Assembly: GCF_006345805.1 (NCBI RefSeq) | Contig: NC_043009.1 | Span: 46,500,001 to 46,564,000 of the forward strand | DNA from: Octopus sinensis | Lineage: Eukaryota | Direction: 5' to 3' | Length of the DNA stretch: 64,000 bases | Shown: positions 12,444 through 24,820 of the stretch, piece after piece | Numbering within the stretch: position 1 is the stretch's first letter | Layout: each line of letters opens with the position of its first letter | Notes under the pieces: generated by a model | The model's input: only the letters and a program-made list of their open reading frames with translations | The model's database searches: none | What the model was told of the DNA's origin: nothing | Program-made: the position numbers and the translations under genes

Positions 12444-12965
12444 TAATCAATATAGGGTGGCAAAAAGAATTCTACAAAACTTTTTTTGCACCCTATATTG
12501 ATTAATTATGAATTTTCTGGTTAATTTTCCGTTATATTTATTTGCTGCCGATAAATTTGCGCGAGTGCGACGATTTGAAAATTTTAGGTCAGATATTACC
12601 TTGGCAGGGTCGGAAATGCCTCGTGAAAATATCTGTTCCGACTTGGCTATTTCTTGCTGAAGAATCTGAGGGCCTATGGAAGATTGGCTTGATTTAATTT
12701 AATCAGGTTATAGTTTACCATTAAACAGCAGATGAACGGTGCATCGTACAAGAAATTACAGGGTAAATGTTTTTTAAATTTCTCCTGTTTACGGAATTAA
12801 TCTTTATTTGCGGTTGAAGCTTTGGCTGTTATTTCTAGTGGGTGAATGGCCTATCATGGCCGTTCCTTGATTGTTGATATATATATATATATATATACAT
12901 ATATACATATATATATATACTATATATATATATACATATATATACATATATATATATATATATAC

Positions 12966-12997
<32 letters not shown>

Positions 12998-13200
12998 CTA
13001 GATATATCTATATATACATAATATATATATATTATATATATATATTTGGTGAAATAGAAAGATGAAATAATCTTGTGGCAGATTAATCAAAAGTTTAAAC
13101 CGATACCTTGGTAGCAAAAATAACACCAGAAGACAGCACGGTTGGAGGTACAACAATATGGTGTTGGCAACCTTGCGTTGTGCGGATAATTGAATTTTAA

Positions 13201-13512
13201 TATTATTAGTGAATTGAAGAAATGGAGTTGAACGAAGACTGAACAAATCGTTTTATTGCATTCTACAAACGTGTTTCGAAAGCCACAATTTACCATATTC
13301 CGATTGATAAGGAGACCATATTGTGTCTTCTCTTCAGGAAGAATAGGAATTCCGTTGGCAAAAACAAAACAGAACAGAGGCGCAGCAAAACAAATCGAAC
13401 GAGGCTCCTAAGAGCCCATGGTCAAATGTGTGCTTTCGACACGTGTAGAATGCAATAAAACGATTTCTGTTCAATCTTCGTTCAACTCCATTTCTTCAAT
13501 TCACTAATAATA
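13201..13512. mobile_element. PLE-like short element (family C) with ~90-bp inverted terminal arms and a long-stem-II HHR at 13261-13340 (minus)
   Basis: 13201-13290 is the reverse complement of 13425-13512; rc motif uuc CUGAAGA GAAGACACAAU...AUUGUGGCUUUC GAAAC acguuu GUA GAA, followed by aataaa. Confidence 0.6.
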
Positions 13513-13543
<31 letters not shown>

Positions 13544-13544
13544 C

Positions 13545-13615
<71 letters not shown>

Positions 13616-13636
13616 CATATATATACATATATATAT

Positions 13637-13732
<96 letters not shown>

Positions 13733-13791
13733 ATATATATATACATATATATAATATACATATAAATAATATATCAGAATATATCTATATA

Positions 13792-13829
<38 letters not shown>

Positions 13830-13929
13830 TATATATATATATATATATATAATATTAAGTTACTCTGCTATGTATTGAGTACCTTATTTACTGTGGTTAA
13901 CCCCGACTCAACCCGGGACCTACATATAT

Positions 13930-13967
<38 letters not shown>

Positions 13968-14016
13968 TATATATATATAATACATATATATCTATATTAT
14001 ATACATATATATATAC

Positions 14017-14050
<34 letters not shown>

Positions 14051-14051
14051 T

Positions 14052-14106
<55 letters not shown>

Positions 14107-14146
14107 TATACATATATACATATTATATATACATATATATATAGAT

Positions 14147-14188
<42 letters not shown>

Positions 14189-14211
14189 CATATATATATA
14201 TATATATATTA

Positions 14212-14245
<34 letters not shown>

Positions 14246-14340
14246 CATATATATATATATATATATTTGGGAAATAGAAAGATGAATAATCTTGTGGCTA
14301 TTAATCAAAAGTTTAACCGATACCTTGGTAGCAAAAAAAA

Positions 14341-14864
14341 CGGATTTTACCGAAAAAGCATAGTGTTTGCTGATTTTAACCCCACGCTGGTGGAAAGGGG
14401 AGAGCAGAAATTCTTCGCTTGCATTTTTGAGTTTGTTGGCACTGTTAGTTACGAGCAGATCTTCAGAAGCGATAAGAAGCCTAAAGGGTAATGCTCCCAC
14501 TTTCAGTGTTTTCAATCCAACCAGGGAGTTCTGAGCTGATGATAGAAATGTCGAGTTTGACTAATCTTGAAACGTACGTTCTCAAATAACCTTTGCACTT
14601 GATTTTTTTAATGTCTCTACCCCCCCATATTTTCGTGAGTTTAGGTGAGCAAACACTATATGAGAGAGGTTTTCTTTAAGTATTAGAAATAGCTTAAAAA
14701 AGTTTTTTTAGCTGCTATTTCTAATGAGTTCAGTATGCGGCAAAGTAATTTATTTTACTAAGCCCTTTTTATAATGTAATAATTTGAATTCGCCTTAAAT
14801 GGTCCCTTTGCATACTGAATACTTGGTGAAATTGATAATTAATTAATTTTAACCCTCATTGTTG

Positions 14865-14869
<5 letters not shown>
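14341..14869 (+). mobile_element. Family A element, single unit, diverged from 6221-6780
   Basis: Homologous throughout in inverted orientation; 3' end ccctcattgttgaaat abuts (TA)n. Confidence 0.75.
14532..14584 (+). ncRNA. Type I hammerhead ribozyme motif (family A)
   Basis: UGAG CUGAUGA uAGA aau GUC gaguuu GAC uaa UCUu GAAAC GUAC GUU CUCA; palindromic AACGUACGUU stem III. Confidence 0.7.
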
Positions 14870-14903
<34 letters not shown>

Positions 14904-15305
14904 CTTGTTAATATAACAGTTCCGCATGTATGTTCTCATATCGTAGAAAGAAAAGCAGCAAAACATAGGATGTATCTTCATTTATATAACAAAAATATTT
15001 ATATATATATAAAAAAACATGCAAAAGAAACATAAAAAGGAAACGAACGCGCAATACAGCGAGAAAAAGTATTAAAAATAACCGCCAACAGATATGGATG
15101 TATAAATCTCCTCGCGTAAGCTGCATTGCGCGTGTACACTCGCTCATACAAGCATCCACGAAAATGTAAGCATACGCACACGCGTGATTTGGTGCACACA
15201 TGTTCACATAGCGAGTTAAATAGTTACTTGGTGTTTATAAGAATGGGGAGTGTAAAGGTAAATTTAATTCATCTATACCTTAAAGTAAATTATATTGAGA
15301 GTTAC

Positions 15306-15669
15306 TCAAATCCATTCCCCTGCGTTGTGCAAAAGTGCATTTATATGCATGTAGGTCTCTTCAGAGTCTTTCAGAAATTCTATTAATGATCTTCTCATTG
15401 GTCCACAGATTAGACATCGCCTGGAATTGATATTGTATGGTTTCGTGCACCTTATTATGGACCAAGTTATGTTATGCTTAATTTTATCTCCCTTCGAAAT
15501 CAGCCAAAGATTTTGAATGTCTCTCTTTAATTCTCTTGAAGCTGGCGACATGGTTGTGATAATGGTTCTGAAATGAATCAGCCGTCTGCCCAATGTAAAC
15601 ATACAGCCCTCCCCTTGTGTGCACGGTACATTTATATTCAAGACTTTTACTCATGCAGAGGTTCATCAA
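15306..15669 (-). pseudogene. Penelope-like GIY-YIG endonuclease remnant (frameshifted)
   Basis: YKCTV...VYIGQTADSF..HYHNHVASF, ITWSII...PYNINSRRCLIC. Confidence 0.8.
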
Positions 15670-15984
15670 TGGGCATTTTGATTTTTCCCTACATGAGCAT
15701 TTATCATATATATTTGTATATATGACGGTTCTAACTTCATATAGTTGAAGATGTGAATTCTAAAAAGCGCAATACTCCGTGTTGTCTATGTAGAAAAGAG
15801 TAATAGCTTAGAATATAGACAGGAAAATTTTAAAATCACCTCTAGTGAAGCTGAAGCGAAAACTGTATACGATATTTTTATACCTACAGTTAGAGTTAGC
15901 ATTCGATAGTTTTACTATTTCCATTAATAGTTTTCGCTTCAGCTTCGCTAGAGGTGATTTTTAACTACTACTACTACTTTCACT

Positions 15985-16043
<59 letters not shown>

Positions 16044-16771
16044 GAAAAATGATAATAATAATAATAATGATGATGTTAATTGAGGGTATAAATGCAAAAT
16101 AAGTAAAATATCTCTGAATAAATAGTAATGTACTCCATACAGAAAATTGTAAGCAAAACTGGTACAATTAATAGAAATCTGAATAAACATTTTAAACCAC
16201 GCTTCAACTGCAATACCAGTTGAGGTGATTATAAGACCAGATCTCCTTTGCATTTAGAAAGTAACGCTATCACCTTTCAATGAATACCAACGCAGGAAGC
16301 TTGTTTGAATCAGTTCACTTTGAAAATGTGAGTGATGGACCCTTGATGAAATTGCAGCGACTAGGATGCATAATTACATTGTGAGCAATGTGCAGTTGTT
16401 TCAGTCAAAACATATGTAGGTCAGTGTTATATATGCTGTAGAAAACTATTTTAATTTTGCATGAACATAAATATCCACTCTCCTCTTCGATATCAATTAG
16501 ATAGTCTACGGAACATTTGCATTTGTGAATAGCGACATGAAACTACCCAACGAGTGAAGCTTACAAGGACCAGTAAGTCTTTTAAGCTTGCGTACTATGC
16601 AACAGGACCGTTGTGGATAGCCGGCACCTATACCAGTTTGTGAGACAAACGGTACCTGCCAGGATAACTTATCCCTTTTATACTCTCTCTCTGTCTCTAT
16701 CTGTCTGTCTGTCTTTGGATCTCTCTCTTTCTCTATCTGTCTGTCTGTTTGTCTCTCTGTCTCTCTTTATA

Positions 16772-16816
<45 letters not shown>

Positions 16817-17384
16817 GGAGAAATTATACAAATATAAATAGATGCTGAGTAAAGCACCGTCACAGTTTCGATTACCCGATTTATTGCAGGAACTTCGTAG
16901 TGGCGGTTGGGGTAACAGTATTAATAAAATAGATGGAATGAATAAAAGATTTTATTGGGTACGACACATGTTTCGACCCGTTCTGAGTTACTTCGGGTAT
17001 ATCAATAAAAAAGTCCCACATAGATTTTCTGAGTCAGCTTACGTACCACTATATGTCCATCAAATTCGAGAATACGTATAAAAAAAACCAGAAAATTTAT
17101 TGAAACGCAAAACACGCAAATATGAACCTGAAAATTATACATTCTAGTTTAGAGAAAATGATGTAATGGGCCTTCGCTGTTGTAACTGTTAAGAGAAAGA
17201 AAAGGATGTAGAAGTTGAAAGGAAGATAATACTTAGACGAAAATTTTTTTGTGTTCGTGCTTAGATGCATATGTACATACATACATACATGCATACATAC
17301 ATACATACATACATACATACATACATACATACATACATACATACTACATACATGCATATTTTATATATATATATATTATTTATA

Positions 17385-17425
<41 letters not shown>

Positions 17426-17587
17426 TACGTGCCACACACACACATCCAAGTATATATATTACGTATGTATGTCATTATTTAGTTTATCTCAAGATTTCTT
17501 GCCAATAGAGACAGAACAGGTTTCTAACCTAGATCCAAGGTTCCTTCAATAGAATTTCAACATCAACAACTGGGTATTTTTCTTTAT

Positions 17588-17751
17588 TTGTATGTATGTA
17601 TGTATGTATGTATGTATGTATGTATGTATGTATGTATGTATGTATGTATGTATGTATGTATGTATGTATGTATGTATGTATGTATGTATGTATGTATGTA
17701 TGCATGTATGTATGTATGTGTGTATGTATGTATGTATGTATGTATGTATGT
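17588..17751 (+). repeat. (TATG)n microsatellite
   Basis: Near-perfect tetranucleotide run. Confidence 0.95.
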
Positions 17752-17799
17752 ACAGATTTGTATGTTTTATGTATGTTTTCTCATGCATATAGTTATATA

Positions 17800-18250
17800 T
17801 CTAGGCATGCTCATATATTTAAATGATAAACTTCTAGAAAACGTTATAGATTTTTGCAGTTCCAGTGATGGATTGGCTCTGTAGTCTTAGAAATAGCTTT
17901 CTCCTTTCTGGTTTTGAGAAGCCCAATTTCTCACGACTGGTATTTAGGCAGTGTGTTACATATCCCAGGGCTCCAATAATTACAGGTATAAACTGGAACT
18001 TGTAATCTGGATAGAGTAACTACAGATTTCTGAATAGTTCATCGTAGGTGTTCTCTTTTTCACTGATCTTCAGCTTTATGTTAACATCCGCTGGGCAGCT
18101 AATTTCCACAACTGTACACAGTTTCTCTTCTCTATCCCAAATCATTATATCAGGTCTGTTGTGCTTACATATTATTGAGGTCTACACTAGTACATTCCAC
18201 CAGTATTCCTTTTTATTATGAGTGGCTATGGCATCTACCATATGAATGCC
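17800..18250 (-). mobile_element. R4/Dong-type LINE 3' fragment (restriction-like endonuclease domain)
   Basis: rc translation EYWWNV...KHNRPDIMIWDREEKLCTVVEISCP..D...KISEKENTY...IIGALG. Confidence 0.75.
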
Positions 18251-18259
18251 GGGCGAAGT

Positions 18260-19330
18260 GGTCAGTCTTTCTTGCATGGCTGTCCCTTTCACACAGTATT
18301 TGATGTATCCGCTCTGCAAGCCCATCACATGAGCAACAACCTTTATGTCACTACAGAGCTGCCACTGATGCTCATCATATTTTATGCCTTTCAACACATG
18401 CTCATATTCTCCTTAGTTTCTTTCATAAGTGATGCATATCAGACAGGAACTGATGGTTCACTACTGTCATTATGCAGCCAGCCACCTTTCAGACTGGGTT
18501 TTGATGAATCTATGAACAGTCTTCAGTTACTGGGTTCGTACTCAATACCAAGTGCTTCCATCACACCATTAATACTCTTGCAGACCAATAAATTCCATAC
18601 CAATATGAAGAAATTGCTGAACCGCTGATGACGGTCATGAAACTTTTCACGTCAGCTGCAACGAGATTCCACTGTTGAAGACGAGAGCCTAGCAGCTCTG
18701 CCTAATTCTTAGGTAGTTTTAGATCCCTGACAAGGTCACAGAGTTCAACTTGTGTTATGAAATGTGTTCTAGAGGAGGGCCACTCTGTAATCCAGCACTG
18801 CCATCCTTCTCTGCTTCCTCCTCACCATTTTCTTCATCTGACTCGAAGGATACCATAGTTGATGTATCAGGAACGGGTAGACCATTTCCATGAGGAACTG
18901 GGTGAATAGCTAATGGAATGTTTGGATATTCAATGGACTCCGTTTCTTCTTTGACAACTCCTTTTTTACTGGTGATACTATGCAGAAATAAAAATTGTTT
19001 GTTAGTACGGTCTTTTGGTCCCGCCACGTTATTGGCACATCAAAAGGCATTCTTTTCGTCTTCCTTTCCAACCACTGGTGAAGGTTACTAGCACAAGTGT
19101 TGCAGCATATGTGAGAAGCTCACTTCTTGTCTTGGTCGCCAATCATGCATCCAAAATATAGTTGATATGCCTTTCTAACCATAGCATTCATATGGCACTT
19201 CTGTAATGCTAAGTCACTTCACCACAAATGTAGCAGAAGTTGTCTGTCTTATTCACACAAGTGAAAGACATCTGAAAGAAGAAAAAGAAGAACAGCAAAC
19301 AATTAGAAGATAAATAGAAAATTCATTCAT
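18260..19330 (-). mobile_element. Chapaev-type (CMC superfamily) transposase relic
   Basis: rc: CVNKTDNFCYICGE..KAYQLYFG..GDQDK...CCNTC...W...MPFDVPITW; YPNIPLAIHPVPH..LPVP; IKYDEHQWQLCSDIKVV..MGLQSGYIKYC. Confidence 0.7.
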
Positions 19331-19629
19331 AAATTCATCATTATAATACAGAGCATAACAACTCAGCTGGTTAAAAGATGTTGCCGAAGGGATATGATGC
19401 GACATTCAAAGGCATTTTGGATCGATGTTAAGCCGCGTCCGCTTTGTTTTCATTTTAGGTAGTGGTGGTCTACCTCACTGTTTATATGGCAATTATGTGT
19501 GCTTGTTAGTACTTTTCGGGTTTTCTCATCAATGGCTCGGATCTCATCAAGCGTCCAGTCAAGCAGCTCAAATGTTGGTATGAGTACTGGCACTACGGAC
19601 ACATTATGAGCCACTGTTTTATTGAATGT

Positions 19630-19800
19630 AGAGAGTTCTGAGGTCTAAATTTTCTTTATTCGGCTGTTATATTCTTTAGTGACACGAGTTTTGTTACAGG
19701 TGCCATTGTAAGATATATTTTCATCCAAACCTAGATACCTGTAACATTCCTCGTCAGATACAGGGGAAACAGTCAAATCATTGATGGAGACGTTACTAGT
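19630..19800 (-). mobile_element. R4/Dong-type LINE RT fragment
   Basis: KCCYMVEKRGK...ECYRYLGLDENISY...KEYNSRIKKI. Confidence 0.6.
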
Positions 19801-19960
19801 CTGGTTTATAGCTTTCCCCCTTTTCTCAACCATATAACAACATTTATGCATGTATGTATGTGTGTATGTATGTATGTTTGTATGTATGTATGTATGTAGG
19901 TATGTAGGTAGGTAGGTATATGTGTGGGGAGAGAGAGAGCCAATCATATACGTGTGTGTG

Positions 19961-19994
<34 letters not shown>

Positions 19995-20699
19995 CGTGTA
20001 TGTACGTGTGTGTGTTTGCATGCACATACACATGCAATTCATTTGCGTAGGTATTTTGTTCTCAAAGAGGAAAGCATAATTTAAAATCGTTCTAAATATT
20101 CAGCTTTGTTCCATACTTTTGTATAAATACTCTCTCCCTCTCCGTCTTTCTCGCTCACTCTTTATAAATATATTGTTGTGTGTGAGTGACTGTGTATGTG
20201 TGTGAGTGTATGTGTGTGTGTATGTCAACATACACACACACACAGATGCACATGCACAATAACACGCACGCACAAGCACACGCATATATATAGAGACACA
20301 GACACGAACATAGCATCAGTATGGACATCACTTATAAAGTGTAGCTCGCTAGTTACCATGGCAGTTTCCGGGAAATGAGAAGGGATTTTACAAGAACGTA
20401 TCGCAATAGTGTTTTCTTTATTGCTTTCTAGATTCTCGTTGACAGGAAGTTTCTGAATGTTTTTAAAGCCTTGCTGCTGTCAGATTTTCTATCGCTATTA
20501 TTAGTCCACACTTGAGCGAAACAATTAGCTACACAACACAAACAACATCGTCATCAGCAGCAGCAGCAGCAGAAGCAACAACAACAACAACAACAACAGT
20601 GACGATGACAACCACGACAATTGTGACTTGAAAATATAAATCGTAATAAAGTCGCATAAACAAATGAAATCTTCAGCATACGTGTTTGGAAGTCTTCAG

Positions 20700-23600
20700 T
20701 GTTAAAATGCTTGCTTTGTCTTCGTTGGCGTTGAATATCTCGTCGCCAGTAAAGTTATATCAACGTTGGGGTGTGCACAAGGGTGTAGGAATAGTATTTC
20801 CCAAATAAATATTTGGATATGGTTATCTAGAATAACCTTTCGCTGACTTAATATGTTCACGCAGAACGTACTCCGTATTCCGCCAAACGTAGGTACGAAA
20901 TCAAACTAAATATCCGATATGAACGACAAGCGCGGTCAACTGCTACCTATCAACTGCCGAATGTCAACTCGACAGTTCTTTTTTTATTGTATTGAAATTC
21001 ATCAGTCCACTTTTAGTCACGTGGATCCTCCCATAACTTCTCCCCTTTTTGAGAATTAACCTCCGTCCAGAGTTTTAATATCTCTTACGGTTAGCGTTTA
21101 ATTCCAGTATTTCTGTTCTTTTACTTTTTGTGTACTTGAACGTGTAGTTTCAATTTGTTTGGCTGTTGGCACCTCAAACGTATCGTAAAATACTTCCATA
21201 GGGATTTCATCAACCGTGACTGTTTCTTCCGTACATGTTTTTTAAAGTTGGTTTATATGCCATTTATGTTCGAATGTGTTTCATTTTACCAAGAATAACA
21301 TTTCTCTAATTTGTTTACACTGTTCTCCCAGCTTTCTTTACCATATCCATACAATTTTAAAAACTTTGTCGCCTAACTTGAAGAATTTTGGTGTATATTT
21401 GTTGTTTGCCACATTTCTATTTTTACTCGGTATCAACTTATCAAAGACGGATCTGATCTTCCCAGCAAACAAGTGCGGCTGGAATTACGACACTTTGTGC
21501 GTACATAAAAACATTATCACAAATCGAGAGCAGGTTCGAATTTGTGTCGCGTTCAGCAAAACGATATTTTTTTATCTCAGCATTTCTTTCACTTTTTTTA
21601 AATGAATTGGTTGTTTTCCGATTTTAATTTTATGTCTTGAAATGTAACTGGTAGTTCACGTATGATATTACGCAAAGCATCTTTTTTGCTCACAACGCAG
21701 CAAACACGGTATCCTGAAACGATTCATTATTTTTCGAAATCAGTCTTGATAAACAATCAGCGTGTCTTATTTCTTATATGGTATAAACTCCACCTTAAAA
21801 TCATGGTTTAGTAATATAGTACCCCAGCGTTACAACATGTTAGCATTATGGGTAAGGATTCCTTTCTTCGACTCATATATAGATGATACCGGACGATGAT
21901 GCCGTCTAAATTTTCTACCGTGTAAAATATCTATGAAAGTTTTTTTATGGCAAAGTAATCGCAAGTGCCTCTTTTTCAATTTGGCAGTAATTTTTTTCTG
22001 CTGATATCAGAGAACGTGAGGCATAAACCTATATATATGTAGCATTACTGCTCATATACCGTACTCAGAGGCGTCTGACGCTACTACAATCTCAGTTGTT
22101 AACTTTCTTTAACTTCGTCAAACCCCCTCCGACAATTTTCAGACCAATTCCACTTTACATCTTTTTTTAGCAGATTATTTAGAAGAGATCTTACCTTACG
22201 CATATTTGGTATATAATTTTGATAATAGTTTTCAAGTCACAAAAATGTTTGTAAGGTAGATATATTTCCATTATTTCCATTATTTCCATTATTTACATTT
22301 GACTGATATTTGTCCTTATCTTGTTTGTTGTTATAATAATAATAATAATAATATAATAATAATAACATCTTGTTTGTTGTCATAATAATAATAACATCGA
22401 AAAATACCTTAAGAATGAGAACACAAGTTCGAAATTTCCCCAAGACCTCTGATGAAGGCTGGAGGGTATATCAGCCGAAACGTTATGTTAACAACAGACA
22501 AGATGAGGACAAATATCCGTCAAATGTAAATAATGTAAATAATGTACATAATTCCTCATCTCTTAAATATAGAACTGTAGAGATATTTGTCGGAGGGGAC
22601 ATATTTTAAATCGCATTTGCCCTGGGTGGATATGGTCAGCGTCCATTTTAATTAATGATATGCCCTAGATATTTAATTTAAGGTAAGAAGAATTAACTCT
22701 TCTCCTCAAGTGAAGCCGTAATCCCTTAATGTTTCGAACACATTTTATATGCTTGACATGCTGATCACCCTATTCACTTTTAATTGATATACCATCCAGA
22801 TATGCTATCGCGAAGTCACACTCTGCAAGCATCAAATATAGCCGGAGCAACTTTTATGTCAAACGGAAGCCGGTTAAACTTGCACAGACCTTTATGTGTA
22901 TTGGTTATTAGTAGCTAAGAATATTCGCCTCCACTTGTATCTGTAAGTAGGCATCAGACAGATAAAATTTTGAGAACAATTTACCACCATTTAATGTCAA
23001 GAATATTACCTCTGGACGAGGTAATGGGTAGTTATACTGTTTTAAACAGTCATTTAATTCCGTCGAGAAATCTGAAAAAACACGTATTTTATTGTTCTTT
23101 TTAACGTATAGTGTTGGACTTGCCCAATCTGAATAATCTATCTCTTCAATCTCTCCAATTTTTTTCCAGTCTGTCTAATTCCTGTTTTACCTGTTTGAGT
23201 GCTGCAAACGGTACATTATATTTGGGTTCGAAAACTGGTAATGTATTTTCTTTCCCCTGAAATTTGGTTTTGAATTTATTACACCGACCCATCTTGACCG
23301 GGAAAACATCACGAGACAACCTTCTCACTTCCTTCTTTAAACTTTCTGACCCTGTATTTGAACTGGTGCACGACCCCATTACATTTTTGCAAAAATTATT
23401 TATGGGTAAATCCCACGAGCTGAACATTTCCATTCAATCAGTTCAAAAAGGTTACTTGTATTTTAATACATAATTTTTCGTTTTTATAGACTTACGGCGA
23501 AATATAATGATACAAATAATTTCGCCTTTAAAAATAAATTTAATTCCCGAGAAACCACGGGCAGTTTTCGATGTTTTCTGCAGTGTAGGTTTCCCGATTT

Positions 23601-24599
23601 TTTCCATGTGTTTTCATTAATTAAAGTAATGTTACTACCTGTATCTAACTGTAATTTTACATTTGTATTATTAATTTTTACATACACAAATTTCCATTGA
23701 AACATGCTCGTATTTCTTGTCACTGATGAATTGTTTACATGATTTTTTTTCTGTTGAACTGTTTTCTAGGTTTTGTTTTACAGTGCGATTTTTTCATCTT
23801 ACCGCACTTGAAGCATTTTCAATTTTTATAAGGACAATTGATTCTGTAGTGTAATTCTCCACATCCAAAAGACGGGTTAATTTTCATTACTTACTTCGTA
23901 TGTTTGTATATTGTATATGTGAGTTAATTATTTTCTTTTCATTTCTTACATGCGGTCGTTCTGATTGTATATGAGAGTAGGGAGCAGGTTCTCACAGCAA
24001 TTTGTACGGTAGCGTGCATTAGGTTTATTATTATCTGGTATTCCTCAGATATTTATTGTAGTGTTAGCTTCTGATTCTGCTCTAATTTAATCAGAATTCG
24101 GTTACGAATTTGTACGTCTTTCTTTGCCGTTAACCCTTGCACAAAGATTAAACATTTAAACATATCTGGTGTTAGCTCATTAATTTTAAATCTTTCGCAT
24201 TCCCTATTGACGATTCTAGCATATGTAATAAAATCTTTGTCCTCTGTTTTTGTAATATTTATGCATTGCTAGCGCGTATTAAACAAAAAAGATTTTCTCG
24301 GTGAAAATCTTTGAAAGGGCGTCAATAGTTACTTTAAAACAGACTTTCTCCGGTCTCTTCGTTAATATATAGTTGCAATATTTATCGTGCCCGGTTGAGG
24401 CCAACTTTCTTAACAAAAGCCGTTTTTTTTCCTCAACTTACCAGCCCGAGTACTCTTCTTTAAAAACATCCTCATACCTTCTGCAGTACGCAGAAAAAGT
24501 GATACCCTCATCCAGGTTATATATGAATTCACAAATGGAATTTCCGACCGTATCAGGGGTATATGAAGTCGATGTGTTTTCTGTTTTATTGAGTAACAG

Positions 24600-24600
<1 letters not shown>
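20700..24600 (-). mobile_element. Decayed Ty3/Gypsy (K02A2.6-like) LTR retrotransposon: gag, CCHC knuckles, protease, RT, RNase H, integrase C-terminus; LTRs not identified
   Basis: YRRYED-like gag (AYCRRYEDVF..RLLLRKL), GCGELHYRINC, VKLQLDTGS, PKYNVPFAALKQVKQELDRLE, YPLPRPE/SDAYLQ/RLPF/AYLDG, VASDASEYG..SRSL..AEKNY.QIEKEAL, IPMEVFYDTF. Confidence 0.85.
22268..22576 (+). mobile_element. Short HHR-bearing PLE-like element (family D) inserted into the Gypsy pol, with a 5' inverted partial repeat and a 12-bp TSD
   Basis: TSD gtagatatattt (22256-22267) / gtagagatattt (22577-22588); 22279-22333 inverted vs 22488-22545; motif CUGAUGA a GGCUG..CAGCC GAAAC GUU at 22449-22484. Confidence 0.75.
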
Positions 24601-24643
<43 letters not shown>

Positions 24644-24820
24644 TCCAACATTCTAATATCCGAAACTAAATTTGTTTCTCCATTTTCTTATTTGTATTAT
24701 ATATACATACATATATACATAGATAGATATATTGATAGATATACATAAACATACATATACAAGCATGTGTGCGTGTTCTAAATAACTGATACCGAAGATA
24801 GAGTATGCTGGAAACTTTAT

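Noticed and set aside
12593-12610. atattaccttggcaggg resembles the U1 snRNA 5' end
   Set aside because: Only ~15 nt of similarity; no downstream U1 stem-loops or Sm site.
15350-15375. Minus-strand CTGAAGA after the GIY-YIG remnant
   Set aside because: Lies in decayed coding sequence with no GAAAC partner.
20350-24700. LTR pair for the Gypsy element
   Set aside because: No matching direct repeats, PBS or TG...CA termini could be identified.
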